Below are positions 37,951 through 53,000 of a stretch of DNA of 64,000 nucleotides, piece by piece (position 1 is the first letter of the stretch; every line of letters begins with the position of its first letter). The translations under genes and the position numbers were made by a program. The notes below the pieces were generated by a model that saw only the letters and a program-made list of their open reading frames with translations, did no database searches and was not told the origin of the DNA. Where the stretch lies: positions 11,627,654 to 11,691,653 of the forward strand of contig CM082577.2 of NCBI GenBank assembly GCA_040954595.2, read 5' to 3'. Source of the stretch: Balanoglossus misakiensis (Eukaryota; Animalia; Hemichordata).

Positions 37951-39660
37951 GTTCAATGAAGACAAAAGACTCCACTTGTCCATTGCAGACAAGACTAGTT
38001 TCTGTTGTCTCAAAGTTTAGTGGTAAAAACTGATAAAGCGGACATTTAGTCCGGGTTTTCGAGAAGATCACTCTCTTATTTCAGTGTTTTTAAGTATTGA
38101 CAATGTAAGGTCCAGGATTCTGGAAACTGAATTGTTCTCTTGACTTCTGACAAAGATTACGTAGATTCCATTAAGATGTGTATAAATGATACTAAGGCCT
38201 TCACAACGGCGTTGACAACGTTTTATGGTAAACACCAGTGTCAAAAACATGTGAGAACACTTGATTAACGTCAGCACTCCGTCTTGAGACGGTGCGCCGT
38301 CTCAAATATTTTGTGTATATAAAACTATGAGTATGTGAGAATGCTAAACAGCGGCGTAAGCGCCCTCTCGCGACGATATTTGACCAACAGAACAATACAT
38401 TAACAACTTGTTGCCACCTTTTGTGTATTTCCATCCACAGCAACAGAAAACACATTTGCTGATAGGAAGACTCCTATATGGTATGAAATATTATCTAAAT
38501 TCATACAAGACACTTCTATTTTGTATGTGGCATGCATGTATTTGGAATGGGTGGGGCCCCTGGGGTGGGGCATGTTCCTAATGTTGGTTCCAAAGCAATG
38601 ATTGGACAGAAATACACATCTGGGTAGACTTGCTCCAAGTCTATGGGCTTCAAGTGTAGGGAAAGCGTTGCTTGGTCGATGCTACCCGAAACCAAAAGCT
38701 CAGTCCCAAATTCGAAACTCGCCTCACTACCAAAAACACGTTCAAGGCAAAAAGTATTGCAATTATTTATTAAGACAAAAAACCACCGAAAACACAAAAG
38801 TATTGAGATTTAAAAATCACCAAGCGACTAGTAGGCTAGTCTAACATCTGGGGTATTTCCTGTCTTGAATTGTTAAGAAGCCCATTATGTTATTTCTTAC
38901 CTCATACTGAAACAATAGACCAACAGAACAATAAATTAACAACTAGTTACCACCTTATGTTTATTTCCATCCACAGGGCCAGGAGGTGAAACAATAGAAA
39001 ACACATGACAATTGCTGATAGGAATCCTCCTGGGTAAGAAATGTTATCTAAATTCATACATGTACAAGACACTTCCAGTTTGTATATGTGGCATGCATAT
39101 TGTATTTTGGGGTGTAATTATCAGTACATCTAACAATTTTGATATTTACTAATACTTTATGCCGTGCCAATTTTCTATGATTTTTTTTTACAAAGTGGTG
39201 CTTCATCAGTCATTATACAATTTGTGACATTTTTGCATTTGAATTTATTCTCTGTAAACATTTGCAGTTTCATGTATTCATCAGTTGAATGTTGACACAA
39301 TAAAAATAATTTTTTTCGTGAGTTTTTTATGGTTTGTTCACAATGAGTCATTTCTTTGAGGTGTGTGGCTGAGTGGTTTGTGCCAAACTTAGCATGTTGG
39401 GCGACGTGTTTGGTTTCGTGTTTTCTTTGGTTTACAGCAAAAAATTCATATACATGTAGGAAGAAGTCATTTTAATTTCAGCCATAAACCAGGTGATTTC
39501 TCTATAACAGACAAAAAAATTGACACGTGAGCATTTTCACTTGTCAAAAATCTACAAGATTGTGTTCAGGCCAATTTCAGTGATTTCACTTGTTCTTACG
39601 ACCATATTATGACACAGCACTTCAAATAAGAATCACTGAGTACACTAGTGAGCTCAGTCT

Positions 39661-41692
39661 CTATAGTCTATTGTCCTGGAAATACTGAACCAATGTTCTC
39701 CTGACTTCAGCTGCATTGCCATCACCTCTAGCGTTCAGATTGAAATTTGGCACCCCGAAATCTTCTTTCCCAGTCAGCCATTCTTCGTCGAACGGATTTC
39801 CTCTTCTTTCGCACAAGTTATGGAGAACGCAGCAGGTTGTAACTAACGTTGGCACAAGTTCAAGTGGGCAGTCGCTCCTCTCCATCAGACACTGCCATCT
39901 GCCTTTAAGACGACCGAACGCACTCTCAACAACCGTTCTCGCCCGACTTAGACGGCTGTTGAAATAGGCCTCTGCAGCTGTGAGACTCCCAGTCTCCGAG
40001 TACGGCTTCATAAGATGGGTCTGCAGTGGGTAGGCGGAATCGCCCAACAGCATGAGAGGCACGTCCATCTCTCCAATCCGTCTGTCTGTATCAGGTAAAA
40101 GTTTGTTTTCGGACAATTCAATGTGCAGGTTCGAGTTGCGGTACACGCGGGCGTCACGCACGCTCCCTGGCCATCCAACGCAGGTGTCGATGAAACAGGA
40201 CTGATCATCGGCAACAGCTTGAAGTATGACTGAATGGAATCTCTTTCTATTCCAATAGTCCCTGGGATAATTTTCTGGCGATTCAATTGGAATGTGCAAT
40301 GTATCTATTGCCCCAACAGCTTGAGGAAACCCCCAGCGTTGCTCGAAGCTGTCAACCACTCTCTGCCAAGAAAGAAACAATAAAAGTTATGTTAGTTTGC
40401 AATCCTCCAATCTTAAAAAAGTTTTTAAGCTACACATAACACAGTATGTATACTTTTCAGTGGCTTCTTTAATAAAAAAAATGTCTATACGTACAACAAT
40501 CATACATTATGTCCATGTACACAGAAATTGAGCTGGTTTCGATGAGCAGAACAACAGAAATAATATTTCATAAGAAACTGACATACATTGCAACCAAAAT
40601 AATGACTTTGTCCCTTTAAAGCATGGCTTTTCCAAATGAATGTTGTCTTTGAAAGTAAAAAATAATGACGATATCAAACTTACTTCAAGCTCATTCCCAG
40701 TAGGAAATCTTATGACTTCCTTGACAAACTCTCTGTTGATGGCTTGGCAGGTATCTCGGAATACGTCAGATGCTGTAGAGCTGGCAACGCCAAACAAATG
40801 GCCAATTGATGTGTATTCACAGTTTGTTACCAATCGCCATAAGGTTATTCCAACCCGCAACTCAACTGTGAGAGCATTTCCCGTTCCTGTATCAAATCTT
40901 TCAAGACTGCTGCGTAGCCTCGTACATATGTACATAAATGTATCTCGTGTCATCCTTTTAAGAAAAAAAATATATGAAATAGATATAATCTACATGTACT
41001 GGATCTTGAATGAATTTTTTCCCTCAGGATTAGGAAAACAAGTTCGTCGGGCCGCGTTTGTTTGTTTAAAATAAACAATTCATCAACAAATCCCTCAGAA
41101 TGAACGAAGCAGCCAACTGTAGTGTAGACTGGGCATGGCAGCATCTGAAGATTCTAGTAGGTCGTGGCCACTGCAGTGAGGTTTGTGCTGGTATTGGGAG
41201 GACATATTCTCATCAAGGGGGACACCCTCGCGGCACGACGACCGCTTCCCTTGAAGTACATGTACTACTGTCCGACTATCGAATCCAACACTACAATTAT
41301 GACAAGGCTATGGGTATGCCCGTGCTCGATTTTTCTAACAGAGTTATTACATACCTGAAGTTATCTAACCATTCCCTGTCATCCCAAGTCTCCAACACTA
41401 CTCCTTCCCACCAATTGTAGCCAGAACGTTCTCTCGTCCGGACCGCTCTCCTCACTGGCGGCGTCACATGCACAGCGCTGTTTAGCAGAAAGCCAAACAT
41501 CGTGAGCATGAAACGCATGGCCGATCGCCTGCGGCGTCGCTCAAAATTCCGTCGTTCATACTCATCATGCCATTCACGGTGCAAAAGAAGCAGCTCTTGT
41601 TCAAGGAGGTGATTTCGATGTCGACGATAAAAGTGTTGGGTACTTGGAGAACGTCGAGATCGCGGACTCGCTGCATGTTCAACACCTGCCAT
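39661..41692 (-). CDS. Harbinger-transposase-derived protein (HARBI1/ALP1-like), 3 exons: 41692-41355, 40954-40684, 40362-39661; ~436 aa
   Basis: Junctions WLDNFR(ag|gtatgt...aaag|g)MTRDTF and GNELE|gtaagt...gcag|RVVDSF keep the frame. Motifs GAIDTLHI, YWNRKRFHS, GWPGSVRDARV, LGDSAYP, VVESAFGRLKGRW, CVLHNLC. Confidence 0.9.
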
Positions 41693-41754
41693 TCTACTTG
41701 TAAACACCAAATGCGAAGCTCACCAACGCGCAAGGTTTCATGGGAAATCGCTGA

Positions 41755-41762
41755 CCGGAAGT
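41755..41762. promoter_or_regulatory. ETS-type motif CCGGAAGT in CpG-rich sequence ~65 bp upstream of the HARBI1-like ATG
   Basis: Exact motif in a promoter-like position. Confidence 0.45.
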
Positions 41763-43929
41763 GCGGAAAATGACCAGACGGCGCTAGGGTACACGGTCAC
41801 CTCAAATTTACGTATTTCCATGGCTCAAATGGTTTATAATATTGCATGCGATTTAAAATGACTAGAACTTGTCATTTTAACCTCTAAAGGACAGCAGCTG
41901 GTGCTGATACATTACATTTTGTTTGGCTCCTGAAACAAGACTCAGTAATGAACAAGCAAGTTTTAATCCTTCAGTGTGCCAATTCTCTAGTGTTATGTTT
42001 ATCTCATCAGTTGATGCTATGATATCAAAGTCATGTCTGTAATGACGCACTCAAAACGTATACATGCACATGGAACTATGTTGACAGGGAAAAATCTAAA
42101 CCTATTTTTCAACGGCACATTATCTTGTTTTGTTTTTAACATTACATTGAAGCGTTTTCTTTCGACAGTAGATTGTTATACCATGATAAAGAACCATCCT
42201 GGTATAGATTGTTTTTGTTCCTTGGTGGTAAAAAAAGAAAATACAAATATGCATGAACAGTTAGGCTGTTCACATTACTCCAGAAAGGCTAGGCCCTTGT
42301 CCTAGCAATTAAGATACGTGGCTGAGCAAAAAAAAAAAAAAGGTGTGAACAGCTCTGGCCGACCCTTGTCTGGACAATTTTGGGTCCCAGTCGAACTGGG
42401 TGGTTTGTGGTCGAGTCTGGTCCGACTCTGGTCCCAGTCTCTTCTGGTCCTAGTTGACACCTTTTACAATTGACATAAACAGTGTAGTCTATCATTTGAC
42501 AATGATGAAAATCTTATAAACAACCAGAAGAGGACAAACATGGTTCTGCTTTATAAGGTCAAAGGTTGGCGAGACACCTCCGGCCAGGACTGTGTCAAAC
42601 ACAATGTGAACGGGCACTAAAGATTAGCTTTTCTTGTCACAATCATCAGGATTAGTTTTGTCCGAGCATGGGCCTAGATGTACACCCACTAAGTATGTTA
42701 GACTACTACAGAGTTTGAAACCCAAATGTTCCACTAGTACCAACTGAAAGTATAAGGATCATGGGATCATATACTGGTAAATGGGACCCCCCTGCAGTGT
42801 CCAGTACCCAGTACATGTACTTGGAATGGTGTGTTTCCATGAAATACACTACTGGCGCACAGCCTATGACCCTTTACTAAGTCATACTAAGTGCGCCAGA
42901 GCGTCTGCACACAAATGAACCTTTCAGTCTAGAATGGAAAAATGATTCTGAAAGTAGTTCCAGCAGACTAGCAGTGCTAATGTATTTTGTACACTACAAG
43001 ATAATGTTTGCTAATTTTTACACAGAGGTTAATCCTCTGATAGCCAAGTGGGTACCTGGGGAAAAGATTGCGTTTTAATGGGAGCTAACCATATTGTCAT
43101 TTAAGTGATTTACACGTATAGTTCATGCCATACATGGTAACAACTGACAAAGTCAAGCCAAGAATGAATGGAACTCATAAATTAATTTATTCTGGGCGGG
43201 AAATGCTGTCAATCGATCTTCCACAGAAATATGGTAGCAGTCAACAGCACCAAATAAAGATCATTGCAAATATGGCGGATGCTATTCAGTGAGTTATCGA
43301 TTGGCCTTGGTGACCTCAAAGCAGTAGGCATATTTTCTTCACCTTGTGAAACTGAAGACAGAGATTTTCTCCCTACATTTCCATGACAGTGATAGCAGCA
43401 ATGATGATGGTTTGGTTTTGAGAACGTCTTATACTGATCAATTATACCCATTATTAATCCTGACCATGACAGCGACTTTGAAGCCAGTGTCGAGAACAGT
43501 TGGTGGCACGCAGGACCCAGCACACGTCATTATCCCACAGAAGGACCCACAACTTCCCTTTGACACAGTGACAACAAAAATGACATGCAACATATTGCAA
43601 TAAAAGACTGATCAGAAACCAATCTAATTGTTAATGTAATTTTATTAACACAATATAGGGTTCTCCACTTGAGTGAAAGTGTTATCAAAGCTTGTGGAAG
43701 AACTGCATGAAAATTAACCCCGCACCAAAACCCAGATAAAACCCTTTCTTTTCATAAGGGAAATGCTGGGAAAGCGTAGGTTTACAAACAGTAGTATTTC
43801 AAATTAATGCCTCTTAAAAATCTAACTTTTAAATGAACATGCTATTCTGGCATAAAAAAAGAGTAAAAGTATATTGAAAATTTTAAAATATCAAGCAAAA
43901 TTTTATACTGATAGTTTCAAGTAAAACTG

Positions 43930-46770
43930 ACAAAGACTAATAGTTCATCACTAAATAAAAAAATGCTCTCAGTATATCAAAGTACTACCTAGTACACACA
44001 AATGTGTGAATAATGACTAATAAAAATATAGGGGGAAAACTTAAATATTTTTTTTTTAATTAAATGAAGTATTAAAATTATGCTATACTAAGATTAATAC
44101 TGATGGTTCATAAAAAGACTTAGTTATAAATAAAATTCTATATAAAATGGGAAGAATTAAATAAAGAAATAAATACTAAAAGTTCAGCTAAAGACTTGAT
44201 GTACACACTGTATAAAAATAGAATAAAGTGTTTCCACAAAGACATGATAGGCTTGATGCTCTGTAAACTATTTCATGAGAAATAGTTCTTTTGCCCCCTT
44301 CCCCTGCCAAATTCATCTTGCCAACATGCCTTCTGAAAACACTTTATTCAAATTCTCAGAAAAAAAAATACTACACATACTAATCTGGCATAAAAAAATA
44401 GAAAAAATGCTCATCACTGAATAAAAAAGTGCTCTCAGTATATCAAAGTACTACCTAGTACACACAAATGTGTAAAAAATGACTAAAGAAAATTTAGGGG
44501 GGAAAGTTGGATTTTTTTTTTAATTAAATGAATTATTGAAATTGTGCTATACTAAGATTAATACTGACGGTTCATAAAAAAGACTTAGTTATAAATAAAA
44601 TTCTATATAAAATGGGAAGAATTAAATAAAGAAATAAATACTAAAAGTTCAGCTAAAGACTTGATGTACACACTGTATAAAAATAGAATAAAGTGTTTCC
44701 ACAAAGACATGATAGGCTTGATGCTCTGTAAACTATTTCATGAGAAATAGTTCTTTTGCCCCCTTCCCCTGCCAAATTCATCATGCCAACATGCCTTCTG
44801 AAAACACTTTATTCAAATTCTCAGCAAAAAAATGCTCTCAGTATATCAAAGTACTACCTAGTACACACAAATGTGTGAAAATGACTAATTAAAAAATAGG
44901 GGGAAAACTTAAATATTTTTTTTTTAATTAAATGAAGTATTGAAAATGTGCTATACTAAGATTAATACTGATGGTTCATAAAAAAGACTTAGTTATGAAT
45001 AAAATTCTATTTAAAATGGGAAGAATTAAATAAAGAAATAAATACTAAAAGTTCAGCTAATGACTTGATGTACACACTGTATAAAAATAGAATAAAGTGT
45101 TTCCACAAAGACATGATAGGCTTGATGCTCTGTAAACTATTTCATGAGAAATAGTTCTTTTGCCCCCTTCCCCTGCCAAATTCATCATGCCAACATGCCT
45201 TCTGAAAACACTTTATTCAAATTCTCAGCAAAAAAATTACTACACACGCACACAAACACACAAATAGAAAGCAACTTGCATCCATCAAATATTAAAAAAT
45301 AGCGTCAAGAACACTGTCCATACATCCATCCATCCATACTAAAAAAATACATCCATCCATCCATACATACAGACGCAACCAATTCCATAAGGTCCCATGG
45401 TACAATGGAACACTCTTCCCAAGGAACTGCTGTGTACTGAAGCAAATTATACTTCAATAATTCAAACTAGTTTACTCTAATGATAGCAAAAGTATTGTGC
45501 CTTCATGAAAATGAAGTGTATATAATTGACATTTGCAAGAAACACAACTAATTAACAAAACAAAATTTATGCTTCTCGTCATAACAGCTTGTTGGGAAGA
45601 CTTCCATTTAAACTCCTCATGAATAAGATTATATTGAAAAACTAATAGTTCATCCCTGATTAAAAAATTGCTCTCAGTATATCAAAGTACTACCTAGTAC
45701 ACACAAATGTGTGAATAATGACTAATGAAAATTTAGGGGGGAAAGTTGGAAATTTTTTTTTTAATTAAATGAAGTATTGAAATTGTGCTATACTAAGATT
45801 GATACTGACGGTTCATAAAAAGACTTAATTATAAATAAAATTCTATTTAAAATCGGAAGAATTCGATAAAGAAGTAAAAACTAAACGTTTAACTTAAGAC
45901 TTGATGTACACACTGTATAAAGATATAATAAAGTGTTTCCAGAAAGACATGATAGGCTTGATGCTCTGAAATCTATTTCATGAGAAATAATTGTTTTGAC
46001 CCCCTCCCCTGCCAAATTCATCATGCCAACATTCCTTCTAAAAACACTATTATATTAAAATTCTCAGCAAAAAATTACTACACACGCACACAAATAGAAA
46101 GCACGTTGCATCCATCGAAAACTTATATACTAAAAAATTAGCGTCAAGAACACTGTAAATACATCCATCCATACATACATACTAAAAAATTAGCGTCAAG
46201 AACACTGTAAATACATCCATCCATACATACATACTAAAAAATAGCGTCAAGAACACTGTCCATACATACATACATACATCCATCCATCCATACTAAAAAT
46301 TTAGCATCAAAAACATTGTAAATACATCCATCCATCCATACATACTAAAAATTGAGCATCAAAAACACTGTAAATACATCCATCCATCCATACATACATA
46401 CATAATAAAAATTTAACATCAAAAACACTGTAAATACATCCATCCATCCATCCATCCATACTAAAAAATAGCGTCAATAACATTGTCAACACATCCATCC
46501 ATCCATCCACACCAAAAAAATAGCAAAATGAAATTGTAAATACAATGGAACTCTCTTCCCAGCAAACTGTTATGGACTTAAAGCAAGTTATACTTTAATA
46601 ATTTAAATACGTTTACTCTAATGATAGTGAAAGTACTGTGCCTTCATGAAAATGAAGTGTATATAATTGACATTTGCAAGAAACACAACTAATTAACGAA
46701 ACAAAATTTATGCTTCTCGTGATAACAGCCATTTGGGAAGATGTCCATTCAAACTCCTCATGAAAGAAGG
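43930..46770. repeat. AT-rich tandem duplications, four copies of a ~400-460-bp unit, plus a duplicated spacer
   Basis: Marker CTCTCAGTATATCAAAGTACTACC at 43966, 44432, 44835, 45671; 45240-45625 is repeated, with expansion, at 46075-46765. Confidence 0.9.
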
Positions 46771-47089
46771 AAGGATAACTCAGAGCCAGTGATAAAAACA
46801 ACAACATGCACACACACCCATACACATAGAATATACCGGTACCATTTTATTGTCATGCAAATCTACTGTAAAAACACAAACACACACACACACACACACT
46901 TTTTATTAAATAAAGAAAAACACATATACATACAAAAATCATATAAAATAATTACTAGATGTGTCCATGTGTCCGGTACTTTCTTCTTTCCGTCACAGGC
47001 TGACCTCAACTTATTCTGAAAGTTGCATACAAACAATAGCTTTGTGTAATTTTGAGAAAGTCTCGGCTCAGTTCGCTTTGGATATATAA

Positions 47090-50000
47090 ACATGGTGACT
47101 GGAGATAACTGCACATCTGGGACATCATATGGGAATGACGATTTCATTATGTATCTGGGCTGTTGGGAGTACTGACATAGTCTCACCTTTCAGGTATCAA
47201 TGGTACAGGATCTTAGGTCGTCATCATCGCTCATCTTGGCTTCTGGAGATAGCTTTCCACATCTGAGACATCATGTTGGAGACAAATAATATTAGACTTC
47301 TGGACAGCTTATATACCTATAAATAAATAATGAAAACATGTAAATAAGACATCTCAACTCACTTTCTATTTATGTATGGTGACTGGAGATAACTGCACAT
47401 CTGAGACATCATATGGAAAGGACGAATCCTAAGCTTGACTCAACTTCTTTATGTATCTTGGCTGTTGGAATACTGACATAGTCTCACCTTGCAGGCATCA
47501 ACGGAACAGGATCTTGGGTCGGCATCATTGCTCATCTTGGCTTCTGGAAATAACTTCGCACATCTGGGACATCATGTGGGAGAAGAATAATATTATAGGT
47601 ACTTCTGGATAGCTTCCATCTGTTGGGCATCATTTCACCTTGCAGGCATCAATGGTACAGGATCTTGGGTTGCCATCATTGCTCATCTTGGCTTCTGGAG
47701 ATAACTTTGCACATCTGAGACATCATTTGGAAGACAAATAACATTATACGTACTCTGGACAGCTTCCATCTGTTGGGCATCATTTCACCTTGCAGGCATC
47801 AATGGTACAGGATCTTGGGTCGGCATCATAGCTCATCTTGGATTCTGGAGATAACTTTGCACATCTGAGACATCATTTGGAAGACAAATAACATTATACG
47901 TACTCTGGACAGCTTCCATCTGTTGGACATCATTTCACCTTGCAGGCATCAATGGTACAGGATCTTGGGTCGGCATCATAGCTCATCTTGGATTCTGGAG
48001 ATAACTTTGCACATCTGGGACATCATGTGGGAGAAGAATAATATTATAGGTACTTCTGGACAGCTTCCATCTGTTTGACATCATTTCACCTTGCAGGCAT
48101 CAATGGTACAGGATCTTGGGTCGGCATCATCGCTCATCTTGGTTTCTGGAGATAACTTTGCACATCTGGGACATCATGTGGGAGACGAATAATATTATAG
48201 GTACTTCTGGATAGCTTCCATCTGTTGGGCATCATTTCACCTTGCAGGCATCAATGGTACAGGATCTTGGGTCGGCATCATCGCTCATCTTGGTTTCTGG
48301 AGATAACTTTGCACATCTGGGACATCATGTGGGAGACGAATAATATTATAAATACTTCTGGACAGCTTCCATCTGTTTGACATCATTTCACCTTGCAGGC
48401 ATCAATGGTACAGGATCGTGGGTCGGCATCATAGCTCATCTTGGTTTCTGGAGATAACTTTGCACATCTGAGACATCATGTGGGAGACAAATAATATTAG
48501 ACTTCTGGACAGCTCATATCTATATAAATAAATAATATAAACATGAAATAAATATCTCAGCTCACTTTCTTTATATATGGTGACTGGAGATATCTTTGCA
48601 CATCTGAGACATCATGTGGGAGACAAATAATATTAGACTTCTGGACAGCTCATATCTATATAAATAAATAATATAAACATGAAATAAATATCTCAGCTCA
48701 CTTTCTTTATATATGGTGACTGGAGATAACTTTCCACATCTGAGACATCATGTGGGAGACAAATAATATTAGACTTCTGGACAGCTCATATCTATATAAA
48801 TAAATAATATAAACATGAAATAAATATCTCAGCTCACTTTCTTTATATATGGTGACTGGAGATAACTTTCCACATCTGAGACATCATGTGGGAGACAAAT
48901 AATATTAGACTTCTGGACAGCTCATATCTATATAAATAAATAATATAAACATGAAATAAATATCTCAGCTCACTTTCTTTATATATGGTGACTGGAGATA
49001 TCTTTGCACATCTGGGACATCATGTGGGAGACGAATAATATTATAAATACTTCTGGACAGCTTCCATCTGTTTGACATCATTTCACCTTGCAGGCATCAA
49101 TGGTACAGGATCTTGGGTCGGCATCATAGCTCATCTTGGTTTCTGGAGATAACTTTGCACATCTGGGACATCATGTGGGAGACGAATAATATTATACTTA
49201 TGGACAGCTTCCATCTGTTGGACATCATTTCACCTTGCAGGCATCAATGGTACAGGATCTTGGGTCGGCATCATAGCTGATCTTGGTTTCTGGAGATAAC
49301 TTTGCACATCTGGGACATCATGTGGGAGACGAATAATATTATAGGTACTTCTGGATAGCTTCCATCTGTTGGGCATCATTTCACCTTGCAGGCATCAATG
49401 GTACAGGATCTTGGGTCGGCATCATAGCTCATCTTGGATTCTGGAGATAACTTTGCACATCTGGGACATCATGTGGGAGAAGAATAATATTATAGGTACT
49501 TCTGGACAGCTTCCATCTGTTTGACATCATTTCACCTTGCAGGCATCAATGGTACAGGATCTTGGGTCGGCATCATCGCTCATCTTGGTTTCTGGAGATA
49601 ACTTTGCACATCTGGGACATCATGTGGGAGACGAATAATATTATAGGTACTTCTGGATAGCTTCCATCTGTTGGGCATCATTTCACCTTGCAGGCATCAA
49701 TGGTACAGGATCTTGGGTCGGCATCATCGCTCATCTTGGTTTCTGGAGATAACTTTGCACATCTGGGACATCATGTGGGAGACGAATAATATTATAAATA
49801 CTTCTGGACAGCTTCCATCTGTTTGACATCATTTCACCTTGCAGGCATCAATGGTACAGGATCTTGGGTCGGCATCATAGCTCATCTTGGTTTCTGGAGA
49901 TAACTTTGCACATCTGGGACATCATGTGGGAGACGAATAATATTATACTTATGGACAGCTTCCATCTGTTGGACATCATTTCACCTTGCAGGCATCAATG

Positions 50001-53000
50001 GTACAGGATCTTGGGTCGGCATCATAGCTCATCTTGGTTTCTGGAGATAACTTTGCACATCTGGGACATCATGTGGGAGAAGAATAATATTATAGGTACT
50101 TCTGGACAGCTTCCATCTGTTGGACATCATTTCACCTTGCAGGCATCAATGGTACAGGATCTTGGGTCGGCATCATAGCTCATCTTGGTTTCTGGAGATA
50201 ACTTTGCACATCTGGGACATCATGTGGGAGAAGAATAATATTATAGGTACTTATGGACAGCTTCCATCTGTTGGACATCATTTCACCTTGCAGGCATCAA
50301 TGGTACAGGATCTTGGGTCGGCATCATAGCTCATCTTGGTTTCTGGAGATAACTTTGCACATCTATGACATCATGTGGGAGACGAATAATATTAGACTTC
50401 TGGACAGCTTCCATCTGTTGGACATCATTTCACCTTGCAGGCATCAATGGTACAGGATCTTGGGTCGGCATCATAGCTCATCTTGGTTTCTGGAGATAAC
50501 TTTGCACATCTGGGACATCATGTGGGAGAAGAATAATATTATAGGTACTTATGGACAGCTTCCATCTGTTGGACATCATTTCACCTTGCAGGCATCAATG
50601 GTACAGGATCTTGGGTCGGCATCATAGCTCATCTTGGTTTCTGGAGATAACTTTGCACATCTATGACATCATGTGGGAGACGAATAATATTATAGGTACT
50701 TCTGGACAGCTTCCATCTGTTGGACATCATTTCACCTTGCAGGCATCAATGGTACAGGATCTTGGGTCGGCATCATAGCTCATCTTGGTTTCTGGAGATA
50801 AATTTGCACATCTGGGACATCATGTGGGAGACGAATAATATTATAGGTACTTCTGGATAGCTTCCATCTGTTGGGCATCATTTCACCTTGCAGGCATCAA
50901 TGGTACAGGATCTTGGGTCGGCATCATAGCTCATCTTGGATTCTGGAGATAACTTTAAACATCTGGGACATCATGTGGGAGAAGAATAATATTATAGGTA
51001 CTTCTGGATAGCTTCCATCTGTTGGGCATCATTTCACCTTGCAGGCATCAATGGTACAGGATCTTGGGTCGGCATCATAGCTCATCTTGGTTTCTGGAGA
51101 TAAATTTGCACATCTGGGACATCATGTGGGAGAAGAATAATATTATAGGTACTTCTGGATAGCTTCCATCTGTTGGGCATCATTTCACCTTGCAGGCATC
51201 AATGGTACAGGATCTTGGGTCGGCATCATCGCTCATCTTGGTTTCTGGAGATAACTTTGCACATCTGGGACATCATGTGGGAGAAGAATAATATTATAGG
51301 TACTTCTGGACAGCTTCCATCTGTTGGACATCATTTCACCTTGCAGGCATCAATGGTACAGGATCTTGGGTCGGCATCATAGCTCATCTTGGTTTCTGGA
51401 GATAACTTCGCACATCTGGGACATCATGTGGGAGAGAAATAACATTATAGGTACTGCTGGACAGCTTCCATCTGTTGGATATCATTTCACCTTGCAGGCA
51501 TCAATGGTACAGGATCTTGGGTCGCCATCATAGCTCATCTTGGTTTCTGGAGCTAACTTCGCACATCTGGGACATCATGTGAGAGACGAATAATATTATA
51601 GGTACTTCTGGACAGCTTCCATCTGTTGGACATCATTTCACCTTGCAGGCATCAATGGTACAGGATCTTGGGTTGCCATCATTGCTCATCTTGGCTTCTG
51701 GAGATAACTTTGCACATCTATGACATCATTTGGAAGACAAATAACATTATAGGTACTTCTGGACAGCTTCCATCTGTTGGACATCATTTCACCTTGCAGG
51801 CATCAATGGTACAGGATCTTCGGTTGGCATCATAGCTCATCTTGGTTTCTGGAGATAACTTTGCACATCTGGGACATCATGTTGGAGACAAATAATATTA
51901 GACTTCTGGACAGCTCATATCTATATAAATAAATAATATAAACATGAAATAAATATCTCAGCTCACTTTCTTTATATATGGTGACTGGAGATATCTTTGC
52001 ACATCTGGACATCATGTGGGAGACGAATAATATTATAAATACTTCTGGACAGCTTCCATCTGTTTGACATCATTTCACCTTGCAGGCATCAATGGTACAG
52101 GATCTTGGGTCGGCATCATAGCTGATCTTGGTTTCTGGAGATAACTTTGCACATCTGGGACATCATGTGGGAGAAGAATAATATTATAGGTACTTCTGGA
52201 CAGCTTCCATCTGTTTGACATCATTTCACCTTGCAGGCATCAATGGTACAGGATCTTGGGTCGGCATCATAGCTGATCTTGGTTTCTGGAGATAACTTTG
52301 CACATCTGGGACATCATGTGGGAGAAGAATAATATTATAGGTACTTCTGGACAGCTTCCATCTGTTTGACATCATTTCACCTTGCAGGCATCAATGGTAC
52401 AGGATCTTGGGTCGGCATCATAGCTGATCTTGGTTTCTGGAGATAACTTTGCACATCTGGGACATCATGTGGGAGACGAATAATATTATAGGTACTTCTG
52501 GACAGCTTCCATCTGTTGGACATCATTTCACCTTGCAGGCATCAATGGTACAGGATCTTGGGTCGGCATCATAGCTCATCTTGGTTTCTGGAGATAACTT
52601 TGCACATCTATGACATCATGTGGGAGACGAATAATATTAGACTTCTGGACAGCTTCCATCTGTTGGACATCATTTCACCTTGCAGGCATCAATGGTACAG
52701 GATCTTGGGTCGGCATCATAGCTCATCTTGGTTTCTGGAGATAACTTTGCACATCTGGGACATCATGTGGGAGAAGAATAATATTATAGGTACTTATGGA
52801 CAGCTTCCATCTGTTGGACATCATTTCACCTTGCAGGCATCAATGGTACAGGATCTTGGGTCGGCATCATAGCTCATCTTGGTTTCTGGAGATAACTTTG
52901 CACATCTATGACATCATGTGGGAGACGAATAATATTATAGGTACTTCTGGATAGCTTCCATCTGTTGGGCATCATTTCACCTTGCAGGCATCAATGGTAC

